Part shown: positions 13,120 to 27,093 of the stretch, piece by piece
How positions within the stretch are numbered: the first letter of the stretch is position 1
How the letters are laid out: every line of letters starts with the position of its first letter
NCBI GenBank assembly: GCA_023920165.1
Contig: CP089275.1
Span: forward strand, 372,001 to 436,000
Direction of reading: 5' to 3'
DNA from: Curvularia clavata
Taxonomy: Eukaryota
DNA: 64,000 nucleotides
Made by a program: the position numbers and the translations under genes
The notes under the pieces: model-generated
Seen by the model: only the letters and a program-made list of their open reading frames with translations
What the model was told of the DNA's origin: nothing
The model's database searches: none

Positions 13120-13510
13120 CTCCTCCTCTTATCTTGCCACTGTGTTCGTCTATAGATCTCTTGAAGACGTTATTTTGATTGATAAGCTCGGACAATGTTT
13201 GCTTATATCAGTCTGCTCTTTGACTTGCAGCTTTATCTATAGAAATGCAGATGGCTCCTCCTATGGTAGTTAGCAGATGCAAGCCAAGAGACCAAATTCC
13301 TGTTTTGTCCTATGCAAGACAGGGATAGTTTCTCCGGTGGATGGTATCTGGCGGGTACTGGTTTCATTAGGTGAAGCTCCATTTCCACGGTTGATAATGC
13401 GAAGTACGGTGGATACCTAGGTAAATACCCCACCACCCCCACTTGACCCTTTGTCTACATACTTCCATCGCCGCCGACTTTCCCTGCACCTTTACTGTAC
13501 ACGCTGCGCC

Positions 13511-14009
13511 ATGTCTGCCGCAAATACCGAAACCAGCGCGTCCAATGCGCCCATAGAAATCTCCTTTCCTTTGCCTAGGGCACCCGCTACAAACATGCAC
13601 CTGCAACTCACAAACAACGGTCCAAATCTCGTCCTCTTCCTTACCACCGCTACCTCGGAATCCGCGTCCTCTGCCCCCCTGGGGTCATTTGTATATGCCA
13701 TGCCAAACGTAGGTCTTTGATGCCTCTACATATGTTTAGGTATTATTATCACGACCAATTGCTAACTGTAACGCACAGAAAATTAAGCCGGCTGACACGC
13801 TGAGCACGCCGCTCTTTACACACGGCGCGACGCTCGACTTTACAACACGACTATCCAAGGTGCTTGCGCGAAGGACGGGCAAGCCGGTATATGTGGGAAA
13901 CTCATCAAGCTTTGCCAGCGCGGGCATGGGTGGCACAGTCGAGGAAGAAATGGAAGGGTTCCGAAGAGTGGTGGAGGTGGTCATGGACGTGCTAAAGGAC
14001 AAGAATTAA
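13511..14009 (+). CDS. Proteasome assembly chaperone 4 (PAC4/PSMG4-like)
   Basis: LGSFVYAMP, STPL, FTTRLSKVLARRTGKPVYVG, EEEMEGF; one intron at about 13709-13778. Confidence 0.8.
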
Positions 14010-14272
14010 GACTACATCTACTGAGCACACGGAGGTTCTGAAACACCATTCAGCAGGCTAACATGCAGCTGAGTGACGATGAGCATTTCGCTGTGGGTGA
14101 TGCTGATGAGGTTCATGGTTCACGGTCATGCACGGCCAGAGCTGCGGACAAGGTGTGGAGCATTATTGTCATTGATGGTGCTAGAGACACTCATATTGCT
14201 CGGCTCGATACCATTCCCTCCTCATCGATCCACCCATAGGCATCAGAGCCTTATTTCATACTCGAGAGCAGC

Positions 14273-14578
14273 TTACAACTGTCCGAGCCTCTCCTCGGCG
14301 CTCTGCTTAGCTTCGTCCGAGACGTTAGGGTTCTTCAAAGTAGCCTTGAGGCCACCGGCAACGTTGTTGGGGTTCTTGTTCTCATCGCTGGAAGACTTGG
14401 TCGTAATGTCGCCGCCGTTCTCGAGGTCCTGGAGAACCTCCTTGGAGTGCTGCTTAGCCTCATCCGAGGTGTCTGGTAGAAATCAGTAACTGCATGGAAG
14501 ACAAAGAGAGGAAAACCAACTGGGGTTGTTGAGGTTAGCCTTGTGGCCTCCGATGACGTTTCCTGGGTTGGCAGACAT
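14273..14578 (-). CDS. con-6: Conidiation protein Con-6 family
   Basis: Two NP.NV.GG.KA.L.NPN.SDEAK repeats; intron 14520-14473. Confidence 0.9.
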
Positions 14579-15630
14579 GGTGATTTTTGGTGGTAAAGTT
14601 GGAAAAGTGGTGTTGGTTGGAAGTGTAGAGTGAAGATGTTTGAGTTGCTGAGTTGATGGTTTGGACAAGACGAAGAACTCAGGCCTTCTTATACATGTCT
14701 GTCTGAGAGACTGACAATCACGACACTCCATGTTCTGAATACCATCATTCTTCCCATCGTGCGATCTGCCCTCATCCCCTGAACGCCGCTACGTCAACGA
14801 TCGGACTGCTCGACCTTGGACAACGGAATTTCAGATCGACCACCTCACAGGGTAGCCTGGAGCCTGGTACACAATGCGATGGCACTAGCCCCTTGTATTT
14901 TATGAAGACATCATGACCTAGAGATCATCGACCCCACAGCCCAGGCACACAAGTCTCGTCGATGCATTACAGCCAATGCCATGCCATTGAGCCGTTAGCA
15001 CGTAGATGGCGCATATGGGGAAGTTTCAGGTACCCATCCACCCATGCATGGACAACAACAAATGCCATGTCGTCCCTGGCCGGCCGTCTCCCCTAGCGGG
15101 ACCCGCTTTCTATGCGCGATCCAGATCTCGCATGCAGATCTAGATACGCGTACTGGGATGACGGCAAGGCTAAAGCTAAAAGCAAGGGCGTGGCTTGAAC
15201 TCTGTCGCAGAGCATTTGTCGTAATGTGAGAATGGCATATGGAATCGATGATGAATAGGCATGGTTGATGTCATTCAGGTGCGTGTGCATGTGACTTGGC
15301 GTTTGCGCGCACCGCGGAGCACCCAGCACGTCATCCTACTCCTGCAATATGCTACACTACCATCTGCGATGCCATTTTGGCCCCAACTATATTCTTTTTC
15401 TTACTCACCGCTACAAGTGCCACCATCAGCTATAACTGTCTTCTCAGTAAGCCGGCAGCATAGGAGGCGTATAACACAAGCCACATTGCTTTTTCATCCC
15501 GACCGTCATCACGCTCATCATGCTGCCCGCTTGGGCCACGCTGACGCTCTGCACACCGACTTCACGTAAGGAAGAGCATGCCACTGACGTATCGAACACA
15601 TAGTCATGGCATCAATCCATTTGCCATTTT

Positions 15631-16766
15631 CTACTCTTGGGGATTGACGACAAGCTTCCCCTTGATCTTCCCGTCGAACACGTCCTGGCTCGCTTGCTGC
15701 AACGCCGACAACCCCCCTTCGACCTTGGTAAATCTCACAGGATCAACTAGGCCCTCTGACAGTACCTTGGGCAGGTACTCTTGGTACCACCAGTCCCGCC
15801 ATTCAGAGTATTCCTCCTTTTGTGCAGCCTGTGAGAAGGCCGTGTATGTGAGTTCAACATTTGGGGGCACCTCAATAGCGCTGGGAAGAACACTGGCAAA
15901 ACTACCTCCTGTCGGCTCGAGAAGAGATGCCATTGCTTTCTGGGAAGCTGCGTCGCCGCTCGCTGTGAAAAGATACTTGTATGGTCCCAAACTACGCAGC
16001 TTGTCGACTGCGTCAGCATCCTTGTAGTTGAGAACCTCGGTCGCTCCAAGCTTCATCTGGCGCTCAACGTCTCGCGGCGAGGCCGTGACAATTACCGTGT
16101 ACCCGGCCTGGTACCGTTCAGTCACATGTTTTGTCTAAAAGGGCGGACATGGAGTCATCAACTTACCTGTTTCGCGAACTGGACTGCATAAGAACCAACT
16201 GCGCCTCCAGCACCCCAGATGAGTACCTTTTCTTCCTTGCTGCCGCTACCAGGCTTCCCCATTCCGAGGAAGACGTGCAGCGCCGCGACTGCGGTTTGCA
16301 ATGGAAAATCAATCAATACAGCTTGTTCAAAAGCGACGTCACCAATCTGCATGCGTGTCAGTGTAAATGATGTCGCAACTTCAGCCTTCCTCGATACACG
16401 CACCTTTGCTACAGTCTTGGAGTCGCATGCAACTAGCTGTTGCCAGGTACCAGTCCGTCGATTGTCGCTGGCATTGACATACGCTTTGGTGTCGAAGACT
16501 ACTCGGTCACCAACGGCGAGCCCTTGCACATCTTCGCCCACTGCTTCGATAATGCCCGCGCCGCTGGTGCCAAGAACAGCTGGGCATTTGAGGCTTGCTG
16601 CTGGCCCGTAACCTGCAATCAGCATCTTGGCATCGAGCGGTTGCAGTGCAATAGAATAATTCCGGATCACGACCTCGCCTTGGCGGGCGTGGAAGTCCTC
16701 TGCGTCTGCTATCTCGAGCGCCCTGCCGGGGCCATTTAGGAGCGCAGCGCGATGAGAAGTGGCCAT
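15631..16766 (-). CDS. MDR-superfamily (GroES-like, Zn-ADH fold) oxidoreductase, enoyl-reductase-like
   Basis: PAVLGTSGAG.IEAVGEDV.GLAVGDRV, VLIWGAGGAVGSYAVQFAK, GKLVVNP; two short introns. Confidence 0.9.
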
Positions 16767-18948
16767 GGTTTGGACTGCGAATCTTTCAGAGGGATCGTCT
16801 GGAGGTATCCAATCTGTCGAACTATCTCGTAGTCGTCCGGACTTTTTCTAATAATTGCTGACGTGGGTGCCACCGTTCTTCGATCTTTGTATCTGCATCA
16901 CGCACAAACTTTGTTCGTCTCTAGAATCGCTAAGGTATTTGCGATCAACTACTTATCAAATCCCTCTTGTGGGCGTTGCTAAGATATGCGCCGCGATCAG
17001 ATAATCCGTTGGGCATCTTGAGTAAGCGACGGACGCAAGGAACAGGCTGGGCTGGTTGCTTGACAACCTGTGCGTCAGCAGGCTTGTGGCTGATAAAGTC
17101 CGTTAAATGTCACGTTTCCTTTCGGGCTAAAGCTAATTAAGGGCACCTCCAAGGCCCGATTGACTAGGCCCCTGCGCATCTCCACGACGCTATCCGCTGC
17201 GCCAAGATTCTTTGGGTGGAGGAAATCATGATTGAAATCAAATCACCATGAGAGGAACATTGGCTTTTTGCAACGTGCATCCTATGCCTGGACCTGTGTT
17301 GGCTGGCTCGCTAGATTCTGCCCCACACAAAGGCCCTAGTACAGGTTGCTTTGTATCTTGCAGCTGGCCTGTCTGGGACTCTGAAGCAAATGCCAGCTGC
17401 GACGCACACCTCAAGGCTTGCCGCGATATAACCTCTAAGATCCAGTGACTAGCCGCTTTCTTGACACCTGATCGCGCCGCCGGCCTCCGTTTTGGGCAAA
17501 CTTCTAGAAGGACATTTGGCTGGCAGGGCGTTATCCCTGGTCTTTTTCGTTACTTACCACCCTAGTTTGCAAGCGAGCGCAACCCAAGTGCTGACAAACC
17601 CTCCGACTGCATCATCATCGAGCCTTGGGAGTTGTGCACGCATCCTTGCATGGGGGAGCGATGACTTCATGGCACACAGATTGGGTTGCTAAGTCCCGCA
17701 TGACAGCATTCAACTGGCTTGGGCTGCGGGACTTGAGTGCCAGCTGAGTAACCCCCCTGATCCGGCAACTAACTACATCTCGTGTTAACACAGCTAATAT
17801 TAGCGACTAGTTAACATTCTCCCTTTACTATTCGTCCGTGCGCTAGACTCGATCTTCGCCGGTACGAAATACTATCGACCGGTCCTCCGTGGACCAATCG
17901 ATTGTGAATTGATCCAAAATGGATGGTCGCTTATCCCAATGGCTTGGTCGGTCATGCCGTCCTTAGTGTTCACCACACGGTACACGCGCCATACTTGCCA
18001 TGACAGAGTCACACAACAACGTTTAGTCACGTTTTTTTTGCGCACCTAGGCCTGGACCGGCAACCTACTATGTCTCGCTATTTGATATGCTTACCAGAGA
18101 AACGACAAAGCAGCTTTCTATGAAGGGCCGTTTCATGCGAGAAGACACCAGAACAAAGCCTCGCTGCATATATATGCTGCTTGCGGCAGCCCCTGGCAGC
18201 GATGAAGTATCCCAGAAATCGGCGCTACTGCCGATACTACCATCGCTCAGACAAATTCGGACTGGCATACTCTGTGGACTGGTCTACAACCCTGGTAGCA
18301 TACTTTGAGCCTTGTGCAGAGCGGCTCGAAATAAGCATCTGACACACCAACAGCCCTACAGCATTCCGCTGCACTCTGCCGACCGTGCATTCCGAATACT
18401 TGGAGAAGAGTGTGGCCCGGACGCCACACATCTAAAAAAGGCATCCGCACACGCTCCTACCCCATTCACCGGCGCCGCTGCGAGTGTGACCGTCTCCAGC
18501 TTAACGGGTCCCGGTCCACGAGCCCAGACCAACTTTGGTAGCAACGGACTCCAATACTCAACCTTGCTGCCCTAAAAGAAGGACGCTTTGACCTCATAAT
18601 ACCTGCGGTGAACCACTTCCTTGGATGATGCGATACTTGGCCGGCTTAAGACATCTTCTCTATTCTGGCATCTGGTCTACTGTTACCGATTCTTAGTGAT
18701 CGTGAAATCGGACTTCAATGCCATCGGTATTGGGGGCTTGTGTGGTTGTCGACGAGAATATAAGAATTGGGAAACCTTCAATTCAAGGCATCATCACCAT
18801 CCACAATATCAACATTCATCCACCCCTCCAACACTACGCACTCTCACCAAAATCTCCCAGCCATAAAACGTCAACAAAATACGCCACACATACTTGGAAA
18901 TATATTTTCAAGTCTGACAAACACCGATCCCCTTCAATCCTCTGATAT

Positions 18949-19464
18949 ATGGGTGATCGCCCTCCCGAGACTTCAAGCGCATCAAACTCCACAAAGCCCA
19001 CTACTCACAACGATACTTCCGGAACTAGCTCTCTTAGCAGCTCTTCCACAACACAAGACTTTACGGAAACTCCTCAATCTATCGCTGAACAACCTGTCTC
19101 TACGCCAGTGATTGTCATTACAGATTCTCACACTCCCTCACCCGACTCTACTCCTAGTCAAAGCCACTTTGCAGCTGCACGCCATCGATCGAGAGGTACC
19201 TCTTCTTCACCGCAATCCCCTAGGAGACAACGCTCGCCACTATCATCGGAACGCCTACAGCGCTCCCATTCTCAACCCGCCGAGGAAACTCACAACAGCA
19301 CTGCAGTCACAATGTCTTCTTCTGCCTCTTCTCCTTCAGCTACCTCTACTGCTGGCAGCAATTCCGGATCTGGCCAGAGCTACCAGCTTCCATATGCTCC
19401 TTTCCCGTACCCAATGCCCGCTCAGCCCCGCGGAGGCCAGCAACAAGGAGGACAGGGCAAATAA
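18949..19464 (+). CDS. Ser/Thr-rich low-complexity hypothetical protein
   Basis: 171-aa ATG-initiated ORF in otherwise gene-free DNA; no recognisable domain. Confidence 0.5.
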   Translation: MGDRPPETSSASNSTKPTTHNDTSGTSSLSSSSTTQDFTETPQSIAEQPVSTPVIVITDSHTPSPDSTPSQSHFAAARHRSRGTSSSPQSPRRQRSPLSSERLQRSHSQPAEETHNSTAVTMSSSASSPSATSTAGSNSGSGQSYQLPYAPFPYPMPAQPRGGQQQGGQGK

Positions 19465-19937
19465 ACGCTTGAGAGCAGTCCCTTCGTAGCCATGTCATTC
19501 GGCTTAGTGTCTATATTCAGTTCCTAAAATCCGGCAGGCATCGGCGGTCCGCGGCGCAGTCACCATCTCCTCTTTATCAATCGCATTTTTTGGTCCAGGG
19601 TTTCCGGGAAACTATTGTTTACATGTTGGAATTCGCATGCACTGGATAGACTGCATCTTCTGGCGTGGGAAAATATCCTTTTTCTTTTCCTCTTCGGTAC
19701 TTTCCGGCATCATTTCATGGTGGTACTTTGTCACCCATCACGGTCTCTATCTCATGCATTCCTGGCGTTTCTGCTACTATTCCTTTCCTCCACGTCATCA
19801 CAATCCTTTGGCTTAGTATCATGCGCTGCACGTTGTTATCTGCTTGTTTTGGTTTAGACTGCATAACTGGCGTTTGCTCATTTTTCTTGTCCTTCTTTCA
19901 CGATCTTGGTTTTATGCCGTGTCTCCTGCACGATCAG

Positions 19938-19996
19938 GCCACTAGCTCATTGATTAGTCTACTAGCCACTAGCTCATTGATTAGTCTACTAGCCAC
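19938..19996. repeat. 27-bp perfect tandem duplication
   Basis: GCCACTAGCTCATTGATTAGTCTACTA x2 plus a partial GCCAC. Confidence 0.9.
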
Positions 19997-20952
19997 CTCT
20001 AGCACAGATGGAGCGTGGTTCAAGAGGTGCCGGGGCCTTTTACAAGGGACACATGTTCACTCTTTTCTCGTATCGGTATATAGGTATTGAATAGATCTGC
20101 TCTCAAGTTTCTATTTTCCCCATTGCTGGGCGTTTCAAGATGCTGGCAGTTGCTTTGACATTGACCAAGTGAAGCCGAGCATGTGCAGAATCGTGATCCA
20201 GTTTGTGAGAAATGTACAAGAAAGGTCATAGCCCAGCTCCACATGACTGGCTATTTTTAGTACATTCGGCGCGTAATGCACGGAAAGGCTCCGCGCAGGT
20301 GCAGGGAACGGCACTAGCAGCCACCAATACTGGCAATACGATGTCACTCTTGACTCCGTAGACCATGTAATGTCGCTCTGGATTTGGCTGTGCCCAGATG
20401 GCACTATTTGCAATGCTACGCAGTAAATGATAAAGTCTCGCGCCGACTACTCGTCCAGCCACAACAGGACGCGGCACGATCCGAAGAGAATGCAACGTTG
20501 CTGCACGATCCCGACATAACGCAGTCGGCGCACCGGCGCACTGCTCGATTAGATGTACTTGTCACTGTCATGTCGCTGTCGTGTCGCTTTCGGTGGTCAC
20601 AGAGACAATGCAAGTAGATGGAAAGGTAGGAGTTCATGGTTGACAGGCGGAGCAAGACACCTCCGCGATGACTAAGCAACAGCCGTTGAATAGCGTCATC
20701 CGCGCCAACTTGGCTCTCTCGGTGGTCCACGCGACAACGCGACAGACAGCGACACTGACATTTGCTTTTCCAAGCTCCTGGAACCACGCATCGCTAGCCG
20801 CAGCGTCGACAAAGCCGTCGCCGACCAGTTCACGACGGTTTGCCTGCTTCCTTGACCCATAACCCCCGTATCATCGTATCGGGCCTCGCAACCCAGCGCG
20901 CTCACCCTTTCTCCATCCGTCATCACACCTTCATCACATCACCACCGCCACC

Positions 20953-22078
20953 ATGGCACCCTCACGGTCCCGCGCCTCACTGCTCTCGCTTTTCGCCCTT
21001 GCATCATTTCTCCCACACGCAACATGGGCGTTCGAATGCAAGGACATTCTTGCCGATGGTACACACTTCAACTTTAAAGAGCTCGGCGGTCCGCATGTCG
21101 TGCACTGGGAAGAGTCGGACTTGGAAAAGGAGCTCAAATTCAAATACAACTTTACCCTGGACATTTGCAATGCTCTCAAATGGCACAAGGGCGGATCTCT
21201 CGATACCGAGTGTCACCACGGTGCAAGGGTGTGCGGCATCCGAGAAATGTTTGACCTGAACAAGGACAACGGCTCGACCATCACGCCCATCGACATCGCG
21301 GGAACATACGCGCTGCAAAACGGACGGAAAATCGATGCCAAGTTTGAGGATCTAGGCCGTCTGAAGAGCAACTCCGACGCCAGAGAGGGTGTCCGAGCGA
21401 CCTTGAATGGTGGCAGGTTTCCTTTTGACGACAAAAAGGAGGGCATGGACCAGCGCGCTATCATCGACTTTGTGTGCGACAAGGACAGGACAGGCCTCGA
21501 GGGCGATGAGCTGGATAACAGTCCACACGAAGACGGAGACAAGGACGAAAAGGAGGGTGACGACAAGGACAAGAAGGGCGATGACAAGGACAAGAAGGGC
21601 GACGACAAGAAAGAAGAGAAACTGAAGAAGCGAGACGAAAACTCCAAGGGCAAGTGTGGAGATAGCGACGCCAGTCTGCGCTTCTGTGGCTACGAGGTGG
21701 AGAAGGAGGTCAAGGACAAGAAGATTCGCACGCTGAGGTTGGAGTGGCGAACCAAGTACGCCTGTGCAGACACGCCTGATCCGGACAGCGGTTCTCACTG
21801 GGGCTTCTTTGGCTGGTTCTTTATCATGTATGTGCCTTCCCCCCTTTCCCTTTCAAAAAAGCAAGACTAACCATAGTTACAGTCTCTTCCTTGCAATCGC
21901 TGCTTACCTCATTTTCGGCTCCTGGCTCAACTATAATCGCTATGGCGCTCGTGGGTGGGATGCTTTGCCCCATGGTGATGCGCTCCGCGATATTCCCTAC
22001 GTTGCCAAGGATTTTGCGAGAAAGGTGCTAGACACAGTGCAAGGAGGTGGTCAAAGGGGTGGTTATGCTGCTGTATAA
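20953..22078 (+). CDS. ATG27: Autophagy-related protein 27 (type I membrane protein, M6PR-like lumenal domain)
   Basis: Signal peptide, F.LDIC..L, C..G.RVCG, LRLEWRTKYAC, WGFFGWFFI.LFL, YNRYGARGWDALPHGD, C-terminal RGGYAAV; intron about 21828-21882. Confidence 0.93.
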
Positions 22079-22485
22079 ACAATGGGCGTGCTAGAAGAGA
22101 ATGAGGAGAGTAGGGGAGCGAGTCGTTGGGAGGTTGTCGCTTCTGCCCTTTGGGGGAAGGGGAGTCAATAAGGCTATTTGTATGTTCAGGTGGGGGGGTT
22201 TCTCCCTGAAGGCCGGGGGTATCGTGTAAAGCAGATACAAAGCATCATTAGGCGTAGGAGTTTTGGAGAGGTATTTGGTTCGTTTAGCGGAGGCATCTTC
22301 AACATCGCTCACAATAGATATTTTGTTTCGACACCTTTGGTTTGGAGCTTGTGCTATGTGTATGTATCGCTTTCAACTCCCTTTTGCTTCCTGCAATTGT
22401 ACTATTGATTTTGCTAGCTGGCTTGGAAAGCCTGGGCAGGATAGATTGCAGCGTACTTCGCCGTCCTGGAATGAATGAGACAAAT

Positions 22486-22593
22486 GACCGCATTTTTTGT
22501 CCTTTGATGATAATCATATCTTCTCGAGGGCCGAGAAGTATCTTTTCTAGCTTGCCGAGAGACGTGGGACGTGGAGGACATCCGCAATTTTCC
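22486..22593 (+). repeat. Degenerate dispersed repeat, copy 1 (copy 2 at 33582-33700)
   Basis: Shared colinear blocks GACCGCATTTT, TTTGATGATAATCA, GCCGA.AAGTA, GAGGAC.TCC.CAATTTTCC. Confidence 0.7.
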
Positions 22594-24052
22594 GTCCTCC
22601 GCGATAGGGGGTTCATGCGAGAATCAAATCATCATGTTCGAGAATCCATCTCTTAGCTAATCTGCTTGGAAATACATGCACAACTGCCGTGAGCTCATAC
22701 CTCTCTTGCTGGACTGTGGGTGGACTGACGGTGTGGAAACGCAAAACGTCGACGATTGGTTCTGGCGTATGTTGCCTTGCATGATATTATATCTAGGAAC
22801 GACTATATCGGTTAAGCGAGTATCATGTCGGCTAGGATTTTAGATGTGGTCCGTGTGGGTAGGTCTGGCGATGGATGCCGTACTAGTCATGACTACATGG
22901 TTGATAGTGGAGACGTTGTCTACTTGGGTCCGATGTACGCTCCTATTTTCTTCGACCTTGCCGATCAGAAAATAACTCAAAAAAGCTGTTGGGAATATGG
23001 CCCTTGTAATTGATCTTCTCTGCTCACTAATTATTCAACATGTGCACTTTTCAAACGCATCTGGTACTCTTTTCATGACGTCTAGTAAGGTCTTTTCTTT
23101 TTCGTAGCTACACCCAGTAGCCGTGCATTCATTCCAGTAACCTCACTTTGGTTTAATAACGTCGAGCAATGTAGAGGCTTGAATCTACAGAATAGGTTCA
23201 AAAGTACTCTGTGTAGACCTACGCATCAGCCAAATCGTTTAGCTAGAGGCCGGGCGATAAGAGACGTGCCCTTGTGCTTCCTTGGCATGCATGTACAGGG
23301 AAACAGTAAGGTTCGGCCCTTCTATTAGCCAGCCTACTCATCAATGTGAATATGGTAACTTTGCCTATTCTTCTCTCCCGGAATACAGAAATCTTAATTT
23401 GCTTTTGAGTCACGAACTACTCAACAATCTAGTAAACGTTTTTATTTTTCAAACATAGATTCTATATTGTTCCCAGCTAAGTATTAGCCTGTTACTGAAT
23501 TGTAGATACTTGCAAGCGAGCAGCCAAGCAATGATCGGACCGAGCTACTTGCGTGGGGGACCCCAGATAACGGAAGCCCGGAAGACCATGGCTATTCTTA
23601 CAAAGGTCTCTTAGCTTATTGTGATGTTGCCTACAAGATAACACAGATAACTACTTTGATAGACGTAAATGGTGTTTGGAAGTTTCCATTACGGGACATG
23701 AATGTGATGTTACGGCAGGACTTGTCTGTTTGGTCCGGACCTCATCGCAGGATCAAGCTCCCGGTATCGAGCACTAACGAATATGGGTCCTTGAAGAATT
23801 TAATGTGGGGTATACAACAGGGTGGCCTGTCTATACTGTTCATGTTGAAGGTGGGTTCCGTGGGGAATATTAAAACAAGTTAGCTCAGGTACAGGCGTGC
23901 GCGAGTCAGTACATCGGGATATTCAACTTGGCGACAATGTATTTTTCTACATAAAAGGCCTGAGTTGGCTTCTGAGCAGTTTGTATCACCAAGCAGCTTT
24001 CGTCTTTCTCTCGAGCCAAAGACTTATCCTGAGAGAACCGCGGTTACCAAAA

Positions 24053-27000
24053 ATGCGTTTCTCCAGCGCCACCCTCGTTGCCTGCTTAGCGCTCATCGTC
24101 CCGGGCAATGCCTTCTCAGAAAAACAGTTCGACCGGAACATTTTTGAGAGGCAGACGGAAGGATCTTGTTCAGGGGAACAGCCTCCTTCTTTTGCTCCAC
24201 ACAAGAACTTTTGGGGTGGGTTAACAGCAGCGGAGACTAGGGATGTATTGGCCCTTCTGCATAGTGACGCCGTTGGATTCAACTTAACGGATGCAAATAA
24301 TGCTACAAGGTGAGTTTGACCTGCATAAATATCTGAGATACAGCGAATGCTAACCTAGTATGTAGTCGGGATAACAAAATGTACGTGTTAAACAAGCTAG
24401 CTGATTGCGTATCCATCAAACAAGACTGACCCGTTCTTCAGCATGTCAGTTGAACTCATGATGCCGAACAAGACAGACATCCTTCCTCTGCTATCCAACA
24501 GCAGCGGAACTCCGACTAGGTACGCCTTAGCTGCAATAATGTTTGGAGTTCCAGAGGCGGCCTATCTTCAGGAGTTCAAAGTTGGCCCTCTCCCAATCAC
24601 CAATGCGTCGGCTGTGCTACCCTTCACGTTCGCCAACACCAGAAAGAACCCAAAGATTCCAGTTGTAAACCCAGACGCAGAGGACTATGGTGCGTTTAAT
24701 CTACAGAATATGAAGGAAGCGGAAGATGTAACAAAGAAGCTTTGGAACCTTGTGAGTTTGATGTGATTCTCCACCCCTATGTATAAGTGGCTAATACGAG
24801 CATAAAAAGACGGTTGAGGACGGCCTCCAAGTACCTCTAGCTTTCGCTGCTCCAATTACGGTGTCTGAAGGCCAGGTAATTATGTGGCAAGGCTTCAATG
24901 CCCCAGTCACGAGCATCTACGATACAATCTCTCTTCTGCCGTTGGGCCTTTATATGAGAACGGACATCACCGGTCGCGATCCTAGCAAATGGAAGGTGAC
25001 TGGTTGGGTTTACAACAACGAGTTCTATCCAACTCTGGATGACTTCCGCAAGGTTATCAACGAACCAACCTTTAAGCCTTTGGGAATGAATGTAGACGAA
25101 CCTTGGGCGCATACGCGAACACATGGAGACTCGATGCCTCTTGATAACCTCCCACCACCTGCGCCAGTCCAAGCAGGCAAGGAAAGATTTACGGTTGACG
25201 AGGAGGAAAATTACGTGACCTGGAGTGAGTAACATCCGAGTCTTGCATTCAATGCTCAAACGGTTCTAATGATTTCCTAGTGGATTTCTCGTTCTATGTC
25301 AGTCTTACTCGCGACAACGGCTTGCGGCTCTACGATGTCCGTTTCAAGGGCAAGAGAGTTCTCTACGAGGTGAGCTAGGCTTTACATCACTTATTTAGTA
25401 ACACGACTAACTGGTATCTAGCTTGGACTAGACGAAGCCATCGCACATTACGCGTAAGTCAATACTCGATGCACTAATATGTTCACAACATGCTAACATA
25501 CTAAATAGGGGGATCGACCCTGTACAATCAGGCACATGGTATGGCTTGAAGTCTCTGGCGACGTATGGAAATTTTGCTAAAAGGGTTACCTCAGTTACTT
25601 TGACAGCATGAACGGCTTTGGGCCCACGATGATCTCCCTTGTCAAAGGTGAACAATAAGACTTTAGTGGGCTGTTAAACACAATACTGATCTCAATTCGT
25701 CTAGGCTACGACTGCCCAGCTTATTCCCATTTCCTTAACGTGTCTCAAACTACCGGAGAGACTACGTACACACAAAAGGATGCCTTATGTAAGTGTTGCC
25801 CTAGATCTTGAAATGAGAATCAGAGCACTGATTGGCCAAGGCATGTTCGAAATTGACAAAGGATTCCCTATCCAGCGTCACTCCTGGGCTGGTCATACGA
25901 CTGTCACTAAGAACATTGCTTTCAACGTTCGTGCCATTTACACTATTGGCAATTATGACTACATGATCACATATCAATTCTCTCTCGATGGGTCGATTGA
26001 GATCGCGGTTCGGGCTTCGGGATACATCTCGTCGGCCTTTTACGCCCAAAACGAAGACTATGGTTTCAAGATCCATGATAGCCTCTCTGGATCCTTGCAT
26101 GACCATGTCATTACCTTCAAGGCTGACTTTGATATCTTGGGAGAAGCTAATTCCCTGCAGAAGGTTGCGATTGTGCCCACCACTGAGACGTATGATGAAT
26201 CCCCTCACTACCCAAAAACGAAACGAGCTGTATTAACTTGCGCAAAGGTACAAATGGTCTGGAAATCGGACGCACAAGACCATGAAGGCTGTCAAGAGCT
26301 TCATTGAGAGTGAAGACGAGGGGAAGATTAACTGGTCGCCTAATGGTGGCACAATGTACGCTGTTGTCAACAAGGACCAGAAGAACAAATACGGCGAACT
26401 ACCCGGTTACAGATTTTTCCCAGGTTTGTCGTTACTCGTTTAAATAAGCCATGACCTTTGCTGATCGTTGCAGCGTCCGGTGTTGCCTATCTTACGGTTG
26501 AGGATTCGGACGTCACTCAAAATGCTGCTCACCACACCACCCATCACTTCTACGCTACTCAACAGAAGGATAACGAGATTTATGCGGTAGGCGCATTCAA
26601 TTCTCTTACGCCTGAGGATCCTCAGGTGGACTTCAATGAGTACTTCAATGGAGAGTCTCTCGTACAGGAGGACATGTAAGATTGATTCACCCCCCGCAAA
26701 ACATCATAGTCTAACATGATCAGCGTCGTTTGGTTCAATCTAGGCATGCATCATATGCCTCATACTGGAGATTTACCCAATACTGTTTTCTCCACAGCGC
26801 ATTCTTCCATGACAATTGAGCCCTTCAATTATCTACTAGGGGATCCTTCGCAAGCCAGCACCCAACAGGTTTTGATAAATACAACCGAGGGTCAAGCAGA
26901 GATCACTCGTTATGGTGCTCAAGAAGCTACTTGTCCAGTAGATACAGTATGTTACTTCAGTGTGTTCGGACAGAGATTGATGCTGACGATCTTACTCCTA

Positions 27001-27093
27001 CAGAGCCAGCTGAACCCGGACCTCTCCCAGTACGCAAATACTATCAGTGTGCTGAAGTATCCATTCGACGGATCAAAGCCGGACCGCGCTTAG
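24053..27093 (+). CDS. Secreted copper amine oxidase (TPQ-dependent)
   Basis: Signal peptide; TIGNYDY (TPQ precursor Tyr), SLHDH and GMHHMPH Cu ligands, GYDCP; 13 introns reconstructed, including a 15-nt exon at 24366-24380. Confidence 0.93.

Noticed and set aside
21533..21612. GACAAGGACAAGAAGGGC repeats resembling an array
   Set aside because: They encode the charged DKDKKGD linker of ATG27; no spacers, not CRISPR
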